In this document: positions 47,828-61,753 of the stretch, piece by piece | Numbering within the stretch: the first letter of the stretch is position 1 | How the letters are laid out: each line of letters starts with the position of its first letter | Assembly (NCBI GenBank): GCA_030770535.1 | Contig: JASVEC010000012.1 | Location: 1,178,001-1,242,000, forward strand | Length of the DNA stretch: 64,000 bases | Source of the DNA: Batkoa obscura | Taxonomy: Eukaryota | Direction: 5' to 3' | Translations under genes and position numbers: made by a program | The notes under the pieces: generated by a model | The model's input: the letters and a program-made list of their open reading frames with translations, nothing else | What the model was told of the DNA's origin: nothing | Databases searched by the model: none

Positions 47828-48329
47828 ATTATCAGATAAAATTGTCCAAATATCTTATTTTTTTGATTTTTATAATGCCTTAAATGATACTATATAAACC
47901 ATTTTTTTTGTAATGTAAAATAAAATCTTAACTTAAAACTATCTATGGTACTTTACTTTAATCATATTTAGTAGATACTGATAAAGCTCCAAATGCTTAG
48001 AATCAACATATCATGTAAAATAATTTGTCTTTGTATAAAAGATGCAAAAACAACTTTGCAAGATAATAAATATAATAGTAGACAAAAGTGAGTACATTGA
48101 TTGCTTTTATTCTTATTTATTTTGTAATTTGTTTAAATATTAACAAAAACCCGAAAAAGCGACCAATATAGGCCTACTTTTGTCTGTCATTATAAAATAT
48201 AAAATGAATTAATTTTTTTAAATTTGTTTGATTATTTCTTCAATTTAGGGGGAGTAATTATACTAATAATGAAGTTGTACTTTTCAAGCTAAATTCTAAG
48301 TAAACCAGACAAACTATTTTATTTGTAGC

Positions 48330-49241
48330 TTATCTATAACACATGAGCCTACTAATCTTATCAACAAATTTTTGTCTTTGCTTAGCTATTCCTGTATGTA
48401 AAAATATTAATATTAAGGAGTTGGCAGCGCTACCAGAAAGGAATAAAATAATAGCGCTAGAGTTCAAAGTCTTTTGAGTGTCATTGCCAAACCCATATTT
48501 AAATTCAAAATAAGTTTCAATAGAAAATAATAGAATGGATCCAAGGGTAGCGATGATATAAACGGTTAAAATCGAAAAGATTCTTATAGTAACCCATTTT
48601 AAATTGGAACTAACTTCTGATATCTTACTTGCATCAGTTGTCGTTTCAATATTAATTTTTATAAACTTTTTAGCACGTTTGGTTATAAGTGCTATCTTAA
48701 CATAACAAACAAAGATGCCAACTGAGCTTATAAACATACTTACCAAAAAGTGAAAGTAAGTAATTGCTGTTGTTAAAGAATGAGAAGGTGACATTAAACA
48801 AATAACGGTTGAAGCACTAAGTTTTAATAAATGTTGAGAAGCTGAAGCAATTAAAAGAGCAAAAAAAGATAAAGACATAATGGCGATTGGTATATATAAT
48901 TTTTTCAAAGATGGTTGTTTAGATAAATGGGATAATCTCTCAATAGCAAGGATCAAGTTTAAAATCACTTCATAATAAAAAACAGTTACAGATAAAAAGC
49001 CTAATATTTGACATCCTTCCACTACATCATAAGCTTTTGTTCCCGTTATATAAAAATAGACAATATTGGCCCAGCCTATTAATGGTGTTAGGTATTCGAT
49101 ACAACAAATTGTTATAATAAATATTATATCCCTTGTTCTTGGTCGAATTTGTACAGCAAAGGCTAATAAAAAACTGTTTAAAATAACTAAGAGCCCAGCA
49201 ATTGCAAATATTATAATTCCAGATAATGAAAAACTACTCAT
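48330..49241 (-). CDS. Class A-like 7TM receptor 3 (close paralog of receptor 2)
   Basis: Long identical blocks with receptor 2, e.g. GCQILGFLSVTVFYYEVILNLILAIERL. Confidence 0.85.
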   Translation of the reverse strand: MSSFSLSGIIIFAIAGLLVILNSFLLAFAVQIRPRTRDIIFIITICCIEYLTPLIGWANIVYFYITGTKAYDVVEGCQILGFLSVTVFYYEVILNLILAIERLSHLSKQPSLKKLYIPIAIMSLSFFALLIASASQHLLKLSASTVICLMSPSHSLTTAITYFHFLVSMFISSVGIFVCYVKIALITKRAKKFIKINIETTTDASKISEVSSNLKWVTIRIFSILTVYIIATLGSILLFSIETYFEFKYGFGNDTQKTLNSSAIILFLSGSAANSLILIFLHTGIAKQRQKFVDKISRLMCYR

Positions 49242-50929
49242 TTTTAAGAAAAAAAAGACAAATCCAATTAAATACTTCTTTCTTATTTATATATACTTTG
49301 TATGATTTATCTATTCAACCGGTTCAATGTTTTTTTACCTACTAATAAAAGTTATTAATCTAAATAATTTGGATACGGTTACTATTTTTGGTAAGGCGAA
49401 TCAAACTTAGTAATAGTATTCTTCTAGTTATATATAAAAATTAATATATAACAGGTTTGTAAACTAATTTTTTTCAAATTAATTATGAATTTATCTTAAT
49501 AACCTTTCAGTTTAAAAATTCTTTATCAATTTGTTGTAGTTACAAAATAGACCCCCTAATTAAATAAAATGTGATATAGTGCAATGTGAAGTAAAGATAT
49601 GTACTAATAAAAAACAATCAGTATATAATACATTATTCATAACTTATTGTATCATCGACCATGTAGGTACGGAAAGTTTAAGATTGATAATTAAAAATTG
49701 ATACCACATTTACTAGAGGGAGCGAGATTTTATCAATGGTTTCTAATTCTTGAAACAACTATAAAATTGGATTTACCAGAATAAGTAAACTACACTTAGA
49801 TAAATGATTCATGCAAAATTCTATTCTGAAAAATATAGTTTGTTAATATATGCTGAATAAATTAGTAGACTATAATAAAATAAACAATTGGCATTGTTAT
49901 ATGCTATGTCATTTTACATGAACTATATTATAAAATTAAAGATTGTGATAAAGTAATGTTAAGATTTATTTTTATTTCGTTTTATAAATACAGAACTTGA
50001 TCCAGGTTTTGTACTCTTTTATAATTCGTATAAATGCTATAAACTGAATGTGGCATTTAATAATAAATTATTAATTTTTCGTTTTTTCTCATGGTCTGTA
50101 AGCTTATTTGATTTGTAAGAAAAGAATAAAAAATATTACTTATTTCATAGTTTAATAAATCATCAAATAGTTTTATAACATTTAAAATGCCTGTAAAAGC
50201 TAGAGTATCTTTTCTTAGCTTATTGAAAAGATATTATTATTTAGAATGTTAATAGCTCATATATTTTTAAACAATACTCATTTAAATAAATACTTATTAT
50301 ACGTCTACTTAGTGTTGTTTATCTAGTTTGATTATTTATTGCAACTCCAACAATATTTACACAAAAGTATCAAAAGTTTCTCCTGCTTTGAAGTTCTTTT
50401 GATCAAATAAAAGGGGGTTATATCTCTTAAGATCAGAATGCATATTCAATGGGACTAAATCCAACTCCAAGAACATGAAAAGTTTTAAGTCTTGAACTGA
50501 GGTCTAGTTATCAAAGTTATAAACAGTTCTTGTTATGTATGAACTTTAAACCCTTAATTGTAATCTGTCACCATTTATGAAATTATATTCCCTTAAATGA
50601 ATCCACTCTTTTGTAAGGATACGTAATTTAAATGCTAATTATTTATAATATTTTATCAAAAAAAATTATAATAACATTATAGTGTTGAGTACAAGTCATT
50701 TTTAATACTTAATTCACTTAAATCTTCTTATTTATTCCATGTCTTTGTATGTATCTTTGATAACTAAAAACAAACTAAAAATAAAAACAGTACCAACTTA
50801 TACATCAAACTTAATATCTATAATATAGAATATTAAAATTATTAAATTGAATAAAATATATTAAAACTATAGTTAATTTCTATAATATTTAATTCTATAT
50901 AATATAGTAAAAGCTTTATAACAAAAATC

Positions 50930-52596
50930 CTCTTTTAAGTTTCCACTTAATCTTAAAACAACCTTCTTCCGATTCAATAAAAGTGGAACCTTTAAGTGTT
51001 AACTTTTGTTCCGAATGAGTTAAACTCAGATCAAAATAAAATAACAAATGACAAAATGTTAATTCAATCATTGATTGTACAAGACTAGGGTAGAATATTT
51101 TTCATTATTATAATAAATTCCAGTATTATATTCATTAGTCCATCTTTCAGGTCGAACTTGCTTCGCATCTTCACCCCATAAATCTGGATCATGGTGTAAG
51201 GTATAAATATTACTACCTACAATGATCTATAAAGACAAAAATAAAAATAAACAAATATTAAATACAAAAAACATCAGAAAAGCTACATTTACTTCTTGAG
51301 GAAGAAAATAACCTTTAATAGTTTTCCTATTATTGGGTGCTTTTCTCAATAGTAAATTAGCTACTCCAGGTATTAACCTCAAGCTTTTTTTTATACTGAC
51401 TTTTAAATACAACATTTGTTTTCGACTTTATTGGGATCCAGAAAACATATTGTGTTTGTTATAAGGTTGTTCTATTTCAATTTTTACTTGTTGATAGACT
51501 TCCGGATATTTTAAAATGAAATATAAACACCTACAGAGTGAGCTAGTTAGTGTTACTAGTAATAAAGAGGGAGATAATTTACCATGATAGGGTATATGTG
51601 ATCGATTTGGAACCAAGGGTACTAATAAATGATTAATTAATAGAATAAATATTAGAATTTAATAAAACCATTACATTTATAATTGAGCTTCAGCACCCGA
51701 CTCAGTGATAGATAAGTTATCATTAGTCTCTGGATCTTTAGCATTGATTAACGAATACAAAATGAAATTATTATCAATTGAATTCATTACTTTTATAATA
51801 CATTTCTTTGAAAATTCATTTGCTTTTAAATAATAATAATTAGCTATCAAATATAAGATTAGTATTGTTTCTTGTAATAAAAAAAGATAGTTTCATCTTG
51901 TAACCAAAGTTGACTCTCTGCTTTGTTTTTTTAATGCTTCAAAGGAAACTCCAAAACTTACATTTCCTATAATATTAAGGGTAGTTAATTTGAATAATTT
52001 AAAAATATTACGTTGATTAGACTTATTTGAAGTTGCTATTATAGGTTCAAGTAATGGTAATACACCAAATGTAATGATTGAAGGTTCTATTTAGCGTATA
52101 AAACTAAATTAAAATGTAGAGTGTAATATTCATTTCCTTTATTCGTTTCCTTTTTTATACTGTTCTTTATCTACCATGGAAAATAGATTTACTTCACATT
52201 TTTGAAAGCGTTCATAAAAATCGGATTTGATAAAATTAATATTGTAATAAATTTGTTTTACTGATTTACAATTATATAAAATGACTTCACTCCAACCTAA
52301 AGTTAAGGATAATATTAGGATTTGTATTATTAATTTATAAATTCAGCTTATTGATTCTTACTGTTTTACTGTATTTTTGATGTAAACTATCGTAAATTAG
52401 AAATGCTCTAAAGGCGGAAACACTTGATATAAGATTGGACCTGATATATGTCTTAATGGACTAATAAAAGATTATAATAAATCTAAAAAAATGTTTAATA
52501 TATTTCTTTTTACATAAGATGTTTATTGTTATTTACTTTATAAATTCAATATTTAATATCAATTGATATTAACAAATATATTATGTTTATAATCAT
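50930..52596 (-). pseudogene. Cytochrome P450 pseudogene
   Basis: FISPLRHISGP, NAKDPET, LKVSIKKSLRL (ExxR lost), HHDPDLWGEDAKQVRPERW; multiple stops and frameshifts; no intact FxxGxxxC; intron remnants. Confidence 0.85.
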
Positions 52597-53162
52597 TATT
52601 TAAAAATTTTTTTTTATTGATATTAAACTTAATTATAGTTTTAAAACGAACCTTCAAAATAGAATTAAAAGAGCAATTTTGTTCCAGTTTATGCTATTTA
52701 AAGACTTTAATTACTATTAATGTTCATATATAATATCAAAAACTGATTTTTATTCAAGTATTATAATAATTAAGATTTAATTATTACCTTTATATTTTAT
52801 ATTAGGGTAATTAGATTTATAATTTATTAACTATAATGATAACATTCATTAAAGATTAGAAAGGAGATGAAACAAAAATCAAACTATTAAATTTTAATAG
52901 TATATAATAAATTTAATTTTTCATCTATTAATTGAATAGTATAATAAAATAAAACAAAAATATACTTACTATATCCAGCTATAACTTAATAACTTCATTG
53001 ATTGCATTTTAACTCAATTACAAACAATTGTCAAATAAATATTCTCCTACTTTTATCAATTCAATTCAAACCAACTTACAATAACAACAACTTTATAAAA
53101 AAAACATTAAAACTATTCAGTTTATATTCAATTATAACAATTCAACTGGTGTTTTATTTTTA

Positions 53163-53652
53163 TTAGTTTTTATCCTTAACTTCTTTTGTATCTTTATCCT
53201 TTCCTTCCTTCTCCTTTTTATTCCTAACTTTCTTTTTCAACGCATTCATCTCATTTCTTAATAATGCATTATAAGTATTTAGAAATTTATCTACAGAATT
53301 CGAGTTCAACTAAAAAATAAAATAAATTCTTCATTAATATCCAAAATCTCAAAAAAAAACTTTGGTACTGTTAATAGTTATAAATAAAATAAAAACTTAC
53401 ATAAGTACTGATTGTTTTTTTATCTACTGTAACTCTTACTAAACAATAATATTTGTCTTTGACTTCCCCTAATTTACGTTTTAAACTTGGATGAGATGCT
53501 CTTTTTAATGTATAAAATACACTTCCTTTATCTTTTGTTTGTTGAAACAAATCCTTCAATTGTTTATTAAACTAAAATAACAAAACTATTAGTTTAAGTT
53601 TACTAACGATTATTTAAAATACTATTTTTACCTCTGAATTGTTTAATAGCAT
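53163..53652 (-). CDS. SRP14: Signal recognition particle 14 kDa subunit, 3 exons
   Basis: MLLNNSE|FNKQLKDLFQ...GSVFYTLKR...CLVRVT...KKTISTY|...MNALKKKVR. Confidence 0.88.
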
Positions 53653-54343
53653 TTTTAAATTGATTTTGTTTTTTATATAAGAAGTTCTGTTTTTTTTTAG
53701 TTGAGGATATCTTGAGTAGATGCTTTTTATTGAGTTAGATTTGATCCAATCATAATTGTTATCATTTCATCAATAAAAATGAAATTTAGTATTTCTATTA
53801 AGAAATATGATATTATATAAGTCTATCTAATCAATAAAGATCTTATTGTTTAATTAAACTTATAAAATAGTCCCATAATTCAATAGTTCAATATGAAAAA
53901 TTAATGTCATTTTTATTTATTAACTATTTTATTTTATTTTATTTAAAAATTATTAAAACTATTATAAGATAATATATAAATAGAACTTATTTTATAATAT
54001 AAGAATTTATTGCTATTGATAATATTTATTTCATTTTCAAAGTAGAAGATTAATGAGAAACACTTTAAGTTTATCCGAATAAGGTTTATAGATAATAATA
54101 TCACTTTTTAAACTTAATCTTAACAATTAAATAAAAAAACAATATCCGCCTACTTTAACTTTCACAGTTTTTTTAAAAGTCATCAATTATTGTTCTAAAA
54201 CTGTAATTCAAACTCATTTTTTAATTCAATAAAATTAGTCATGCATACAAAAAACCAGCATTTGAAATCCGAAGTTAATTATTATAAACTTTCAAAGTTG
54301 GAATCATGTTAACTTAAATCAATTCTTTTATTTAAATTTAAAA

Positions 54344-55135
54344 ATGTCATTAAAAGGAAAAACTTTATTAATTACTGGCGCTTCTCGGTAAGTTATACAT
54401 TCATTTTTTTATTTTCGTTAATTAACTTTAATATTTACAGTGGTATTGGTTTAGCGGTTGCCATTCGAGCAGCAAGAGATGGGGCCAATGTAGCTATTCT
54501 AGCTAAAACAGCAGAAAATAATCCAAAGGTAAGAATGTTCTCATTATTCGGAACCAAGTTGAACTTCAACATTAAATTAGAACATAACTAATTAATAAAC
54601 TAATTCAATAGTTACCTGGGACCATCTATTCCGCTGCTGAAGAAATACGTCAAGCAGGTGGAAAAGCATTACCTATTGTATGTGATATACGTTCTGAAGA
54701 ACAAATTATTCAAGCTATTGAAAAAACAGTAGCTGAATTTGGGGGCATTGATATTGTGGTTAATAATGGTAAGCTGAAGAGAATTAGTTGTTTTTTTATA
54801 GGGAAAAGTTTATTAATTAATATTTAATAATTAGCATCCGCTATCTTTTTAAAAGGTACTGAAGGGGTTAATGGTAAACGATATGATTTAATGCATCAAG
54901 TCAATGCTAGAGGTACTTATTTGGTTTCTAAGGTAACTTAATTGAAAAATGATCTCTTTTATAAAAAAAGAAGTTTAAAAACTGATATATATATTAATTC
55001 TTTTTAGTATGCTCTCCCTTATTTAAAAAAAAGTAGTAATCCACATATCTTAAATATGGCTCCACCATTAGCTATGGAACCAAAATGGTTTAAAAATACA
55101 GTGGCTTATACTATGGCAAAGTAAGTTTTGACCTC

Positions 55136-55188
<53 letters not shown>

Positions 55189-55772
55189 TATTTAATTTGC
55201 TAAATAGATATGGTATGTCCATGTGTGTATTAGGGATGGCAGCTGAATTTAAAGAATTTAATATTAAAGTAAATGCTCTTTGGCCATATACCGTTATTTT
55301 AACAGCTGCTCTTCAAATGATTGGTAAGTTTTATCCTAATTTGATAGCTATTTATATGAACGAATGAATGAATTTTAATATTTTATTTTATTTTATTTTA
55401 TTTTTAGAGGGTAGTAATGTACCTGAAAAATGTCGGTAAGTTAATTAAATAGTTATTTTGTAGAAATGATTTATTTATTAATCATTTTTTTCTAATAACA
55501 TAGTAAACCTGAGACCATGGCAGATGCTGCTTACCTTATTTTAACTAAAGATGATATTAAGTTTACGTAAGTTATTTATTTATTATTTTATTCGATTTAT
55601 TTATTAATATTTATTTAGTGGTAATTTCCTAATTGATGAAATTGTATTACGTGAAGCTGGTATTGATATGGAACAATATTCTGTTGTTCCAGGATCTAAA
55701 AATTTTGAATTAGATGGCTTTTTAACTAAAGAAATTCATCAAAGAATTCATCAACTAAGAGCTAAACTTTAA
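54344..55772 (+). CDS. HSDL2-like short-chain dehydrogenase/reductase, ~9 exons
   Basis: ITGASRGIG, AKTAENNPKLPGTIY, VNNASAI, NPHILNMAPP, YTMAKYGMS, VNALWP. Confidence 0.92.
55138..55188. repeat. (TTA)n microsatellite in an intron
   Basis: About 16 TTA/TAT units; explains the spurious poly-Tyr ORF. Confidence 0.9.
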
Positions 55773-55901
55773 ATAAACAATTTCTCTTTTTTTGTCTATT
55801 TATTTATAATTTTATTCTATTTTATATATTCTATGTATTAATATGTTAACATTAAATAATTATTTTATTCTATTTTTATTTTCATATTTATTTAAAATCA
55901 A

Positions 55902-57114
55902 TTAAGCCATAAATCCTATTTTTTTGATAACCTCCCCCTTTTGTTGAATTTTTTCTATTTCTTCTTTCTCTTCCGAAATCCTTAAATTTAAAGCGTGTAA
56001 GGCATTAGAACCGATAGTTTGAGCAGTCTAATTTAAAAAAATCAATTTTCATCATTAATAATAGGAATTATAAAACTAATAATAAATAGAATAAAAACTT
56101 ACAGTTAACATTTCAATTAGCATTGAAGGGTCAATCGATTTATCCCCACTTTTTTGTACCCCACAAATATTTCCTTTGGAATTAATAGCTACATGTAAAG
56201 CTGCATCTGAGCAATGTTCCTCCATATTAGTACTATCTAATATATACCGATCTCCAATCTAAATAAATAAAAATAAGTATTATTTTAGTATACTATATTT
56301 TTATTCTTATCCTCATATATAATATAAAATAGACTTACTTTTGATAATGTTGTTAAAATAGGTACGTTTTCCCAACCCGGAATAGGAATGGACTGATTAT
56401 CATCATCAATCACTTCAAACTCAAATTGATTATCCCCAACATCTTCAATAACAGTCATTGGAAGCCTTGTATTAGCTAAAGCAGCATAGATAGCATAAGA
56501 TATAGCATCAATTAAATTACCAGAGATACCTAATACCTAATTAAAATTTATAGTAATTTGATAAGTATTAAGTTTTATAAATAGAATTTAATTAAATTAC
56601 TAATGCATCTATATATAAGCACCAACAAGCACTTTTAGGTATTATACATAATTTCTTTAAATCAATACCACCTTGTGGTCCACATAAGCCTCGCTGTAAA
56701 ATTTGTGCTATTTCAGAACTAACTTCTTCATTTAATTTCGTTTCAAATTGATTTGCTGAATTTGGAGAACTATTTAAAATAAAAATAATCAATAAAAATC
56801 CCATATCAATCATCAATATAAACATTAATTATTTTAATAATAATAATAAATCTTACTTACCATTCCACATTAATTTTTAAATAACCTTCATCAATAATTT
56901 CATTAGTTGGTAATATTGGTTCTGTTTCTGCTTTTATACCAACTAATACATCGGTACCATCTCCTAATCGACATCTAGCTGACCCGCTTGCATGAGCTAA
57001 TACTCCAGTTTCAATATAAAGTTGACGATAATCTTCTCTTCCTCGTCCATCCGTTCTTATTCCAGAATCAATTCCTTTAATAATATAATCTCGTTCACTG
57101 ATGGAAATACTCAT
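55902..57114 (-). CDS. RRP42: Exosome complex subunit Rrp42 (EXOSC7), ~5 exons
   Basis: ERDYIIKGI..GIRTDGRGREDYR, TDVLVGIKAE, LCIIPKSACWCLYIDAL, GNLIDA, CGVQKSG. Confidence 0.92.
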
Positions 57115-57385
57115 ATTAAATAAAGTTTTGATTTTTTTTAAAAATTGGTAATATAAAGAAAAAGAAAAATGAGTTGGAATGTTTTGATTTTTTATAAAAT
57201 AAAATAATTTTGAATTTTAAATTTTGTTTAAGATTGTTTTTTTTAAAATATATACAAGATTCAATTATAAAGTATAAGAGCAAAGATATATATTAAAGAT
57301 TTAGTTTAAAATGTTTAATATACTCAAAAAAAGAAATTTACTTAATTTTATGATTTATTTAAACTTCTGAGTATACTCAATTAAC

Positions 57386-58608
57386 TCAAGTCAAATCGAC
57401 CGGACAATCTAACATCCCATTTGGGCCAAGTAACCCACTTAAAAGGACTCTATTTTCCGATTCAATACCACCAAGAACAGTTAAACTAGACATAGGGCCT
57501 TGTTCATCCATCAATAATGTTTCAACCTTAAAACTCTTACCATAAAATCTACCATCCCCAGTTTCATTAGAAATTCTAGCAGCAATAGCAGGAATTGGGG
57601 TAAGGTTGTCCTTACCAAAATTCTCAAAATAATCAAATACTTTATGTGTTTTTGGAAACCCAGCAACATAGATTCTACCGCTGGATGGATCTACTTTTAT
57701 ATTATCTGGTAAGAAGCTTAACTCTATTTTATCTTTGACTTCTAGTTCTCCAGTTTCAATGTCTCTAGTAAACATCCAAACTCGACCACCCTTATTCTCT
57801 GCTAAGTATAATTCATCCTTAGCATAATTTAAAGCTAATCCGTTGGCAGATACAATTCCTGAAGCTACAGTTGAAAGTTCTCCTTTGGTATCTCTGTATA
57901 ATACCTTTCCATTTCCAATAATGCCATGGCTTTCTAAATATTGAGACACTCCAGATATGTTTTCGCTTTCTTTTGATATATAGAATGAAGTAGATGTTAT
58001 AAGTGCAATAGAATTTAAATTTATGAATGATTCATTTGTAATACTCTCTTTGTACACTACTTCATCACTACCAATCTTATAAGTGAAATGTTCAATATGA
58101 TCAAGGCCACCAAGTAAATGATTGATTGCATAAATATGATTTAATCCAGAGTCCTTATCATCTTTAATAATATCAAATCCATGGATAGCAAAGTTAATGT
58201 TTTTTGGGAATCCAACCATATTCAATTTTTTAGCTTTTTGTTGAGTATAATCATAAGCATAAAAGTGGGACATTTTACCAAACGGTATCTTTGTTTTTGG
58301 GTTATAATATTTACTAACCCAATATTTATTTGTAGTATAATCTTCTGGACATCCAAAGATAGCAAACTTATAATCATAATTGATAGCTAAATCTTCACAT
58401 CCTTTTAATTCTATAATAAAATCATTAACATTATGTATTTATCTAGTTCATAAAACTATTTACCAGGAATGCTTTTACAGTTTGATAAATCGGATTGTTC
58501 AAAGGTAGTCAAGAAAGATTCTGAAAAGAATAACAGGCTAATGAAAGGGTAAAGGTAATACCCTAAAATAGCTATTATTACTAAACTGAGATTAAGTAGT
58601 GTAGACAT
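57386..58608 (-). CDS. Paraoxonase/arylesterase-like six-bladed propeller lactonase, 2 exons
   Basis: N-terminal hydrophobic anchor, KGCEDL, FAIHGFD, YAINH, ANGLAL, PDNIKVD. Confidence 0.87.
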
Positions 58609-58797
58609 AACTAATAACAGAACGCTTTTCTAAACCTTAATTAGTTTTTAAATATTTTAAGTTAGATTTTGATTTTTTTATAATTGTTTCTAATATTGTT
58701 ATATTATTGGTTAATATCAGCTTCTATCTTCTATTAAGGTTACTATTGGTGAGATTCAATAATTATTTAAAAACTTTTTCAGGTTGCAGTTTATTTA

Positions 58798-58870
58798 GTA
58801 GATGTTGTTATCTATGTAATGGATTATAGTGTAGATGTTATTATCTATGTAATGGATTATAGTGTAGATA
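58798..58870. repeat. 33-bp tandem repeat (~2.3 units)
   Basis: GTAGATGTT(G/A)TTATCTATGTAATGGATTATAGT repeated. Confidence 0.85.
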
Positions 58871-59783
58871 TTAACTTGTTGAATGGTTACTAAAAATTAA
58901 ATAAAATTTAAAACATTTTTTAAAGCGATTTTTTTATTTAGTTGGCTGAAATGACATCAGCAACTTAAATTTTAAAAAATAGGCATTTCAATCAAATTTG
59001 TGAACTAAAATTTGCAAAATAACCATTGCAATTTTTACATCATGACATAATTATCTTTAAATTCATTTATTAGATTCTTGTTTTTATTATTAGAATGTGA
59101 ATACATGATGAAATATTATTTGAAGTATTTCTCCATATTAATCGTTTGCTACTCTTTGATTATAATAATGGGTATTCTGACTAATATATATGCTAGAGAT
59201 TTCTTGATGAAAAACAAAACTCAAAATTCATTGTTTTAACTTACATTTATAATTATGTGTAATACTTTTAGATTTACGCGCTTTTAAAAAAATATTAGTA
59301 AACTATGCCTAGTAACAAGGCTAGAATTATCTGATTTGGTCAAGAATCTAATAAAACCACTATTGTGGCTTGTAAAGCATTAATAAATGAAAGAGTAACA
59401 AGGATAGCCAATAAAAGAGCTCATCACAAAACTCCTAGTTTCTTAAATTTAATAAATAACATCAATTAAAAGACAGCTATTTATCTGAACCATTAATTAT
59501 TGGCTATTATTTAAAACTCAAGCTCAAAGGTTTATGCCTAGAATAACAAATCAGTTTTCCGAAAACTCCAATCTCTGCTAAAATAAGGATTGAAACTAAT
59601 AAGGTGATTGGTGAATAATTGATTGAGTAACTTAAAGCCCAATAAAGCTTTAAGTTAGAATTTTATTCAAATATTCATTGGAATTTTTAACAATTAAAAG
59701 GTTCTCATTAATAGTTAGTTATCATATCAACCACTAAGGTTATTTTTTTAAAAAAGAATCCTTCAAGTAAACTAGAATAAGTC

Positions 59784-61152
59784 ATGGAGGTATCTGCTCT
59801 TCTTTCCAATGATGGATATGACAACCATAAATATCAGTTAGAGGACTTTCGATTGCTTCAAACTTTAGGTAAGTTTTTAATAAAAAAGGTATAAAAATAA
59901 TGTAATAATGGTATATAGGAACTGGTACTTTCGGAAGAGTTTATTTAACTAGAAATAAAATGTCGTCTAATTTTTATGCTATGAAAGTATTAAAGAAAAC
60001 AGAAGTAGTGCGTCTAAAGCAAGTAGAACATATCAACTCAGAAAAACAAATTTTAGCTCAAGTGAACCACCCCTTTATTGTTAACTTGTAATCCTTTTTT
60101 AAAAAATTTAGAATTGTAATTTTGAATTTTAAATATGTATTTTTTATCAAATTAGAAACTGCACCTTTCAAGACTCAGTGAACTTGTTTATGTTATTGGA
60201 ATATGTACCAGGTGGTGAATTATTCTCTCATTTACGTCGTGCTGGCCGATTTACTAATCAAGTAACTCGATTTTATGCTGCGGAAATTGTATTGGCCATC
60301 GAATATTTACATAGTCATGATATTATTTATCGGGACCTTAAACCAGAAAATTTATTGATAGATACAATGGGACATATAAAAATTACAGATTTTGGGTTTG
60401 CTAAAAAAGTAGAAGATAGGTAAATAGAGAAATCTATGAAATATAGACTATGGCATAAAAAAGAGATATTAATTATAATTAAAATAGAACTTGGACATTA
60501 TGCGGTACACCCGAGTATTTAGCACCAGAAATTATTCAAAGTAAAGGACATGGTAAAGCGGCAGATTGGTGGGCTTTAGGAATTTTAATATTTGAGATGC
60601 TGGCAGGGTAAATTTATAAAGAATTTAAGTTAGAACATGTAATTAATATTACTTTTAGTTATCCACCATTTTTTGATGATAATCCATTTGGGATTTATGA
60701 AAAGATTTTAATTGGTAAAGTCCATTTTCCAGCCCATTTTGATCCTTATGGTAAAGATTTAATTAAACGTTTATTGGCTTCAGATAGATCTAAGAGATTG
60801 GGTAATTTAAAGGTAATAATAGAACCATACTAATATAAAATAATAATATAATGTAATTAATCAATTTATTACTAGAATGGGGCACTTGATGTTAAAAATC
60901 ATAAGTGGTTTCGTGATATAGTTTGGGAAGCATTATTAAATCGCTCTTTTCAGGTAAATTAAACTATGAAAATGAACTTGTGAAAAAGATGATATATAAT
61001 AATAATAATAATTATTATTATAGGGGCCAATTGTACCTACTGTATGTCATGCAGGAGACACTAGTAATTTTGAACAATATGAAGAACCAGGACCAGAAGA
61101 AAGGGGAGGAGATTTAAGTGATCCTTACCGTCAGTTATTTTTGGACTTTTAA
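59784..61152 (+). CDS. cAMP-dependent protein kinase catalytic subunit, ~7 exons
   Basis: [50 protein letters not shown]-terminal FLDF. Confidence 0.96.
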
Positions 61153-61753
61153 ACATTTAATAGGATATTAATTTACTTTGCTTCGAATTTTGTTTGTTTT
61201 ATCAGCCCATTTAACTACTAATATAAAATAATTTACTTTTTTTTTTTAAAATATTGTTCAAGTTACTATTTTAAATGTAAATTTTAAATATACTTTGGAA
61301 AGGACTGAAAGCAGGCTTATAAGGAGGCTTTACTGTTTTAATTGTTTATTTGTGTTGTTATAAATAGACTATTTCTTGTTACATCCATTGTTTTTAATTG
61401 TTTTTATATTTTAATGTTTTTTATAGTTCCCTTTTGTAATTTTAATTATTGTAAATAAAGTAAAACTCAAATTATAAAATTTGGTTTATTTTACTACGTT
61501 GTTTCTATATATTAAATAAAATCGTTATTATTTATTTAAAATAGTTTAACCCGTTTATTACCATTCTCATAGTAATAATAATAATAATAATGGCTCTCAT
61601 TTCAAATAAAAATAAACATTGCTAAAAAACCGCAATTAATTCATCAAATACAATCTGTAATCTAAAAAAAGAACATTAATTCAAACCAACTAAAAAGCAT
61701 AACGTAAAAATTCAAATAGTACTTTCAATTTTTTTAAATCAAAACCTACAACA

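Noticed and set aside
43645..49241. The 7TM proteins as opsins
   Set aside because: No lysine at the Schiff-base-equivalent position of TM7 (FLFLSGSVTNS, LFLSGSAANS, LFIIGTIAS)
55128..55367. Poly-Tyr ORF
   Set aside because: Intronic (TTA)n microsatellite read into an SDR exon
8842..57114. Apparent clustering of RNA-metabolism genes (RPS11, TAN1, U6, U14, UPF1, SRP14, RRP42)
   Set aside because: Large functional class interspersed with unrelated genes; no evidence of co-regulation
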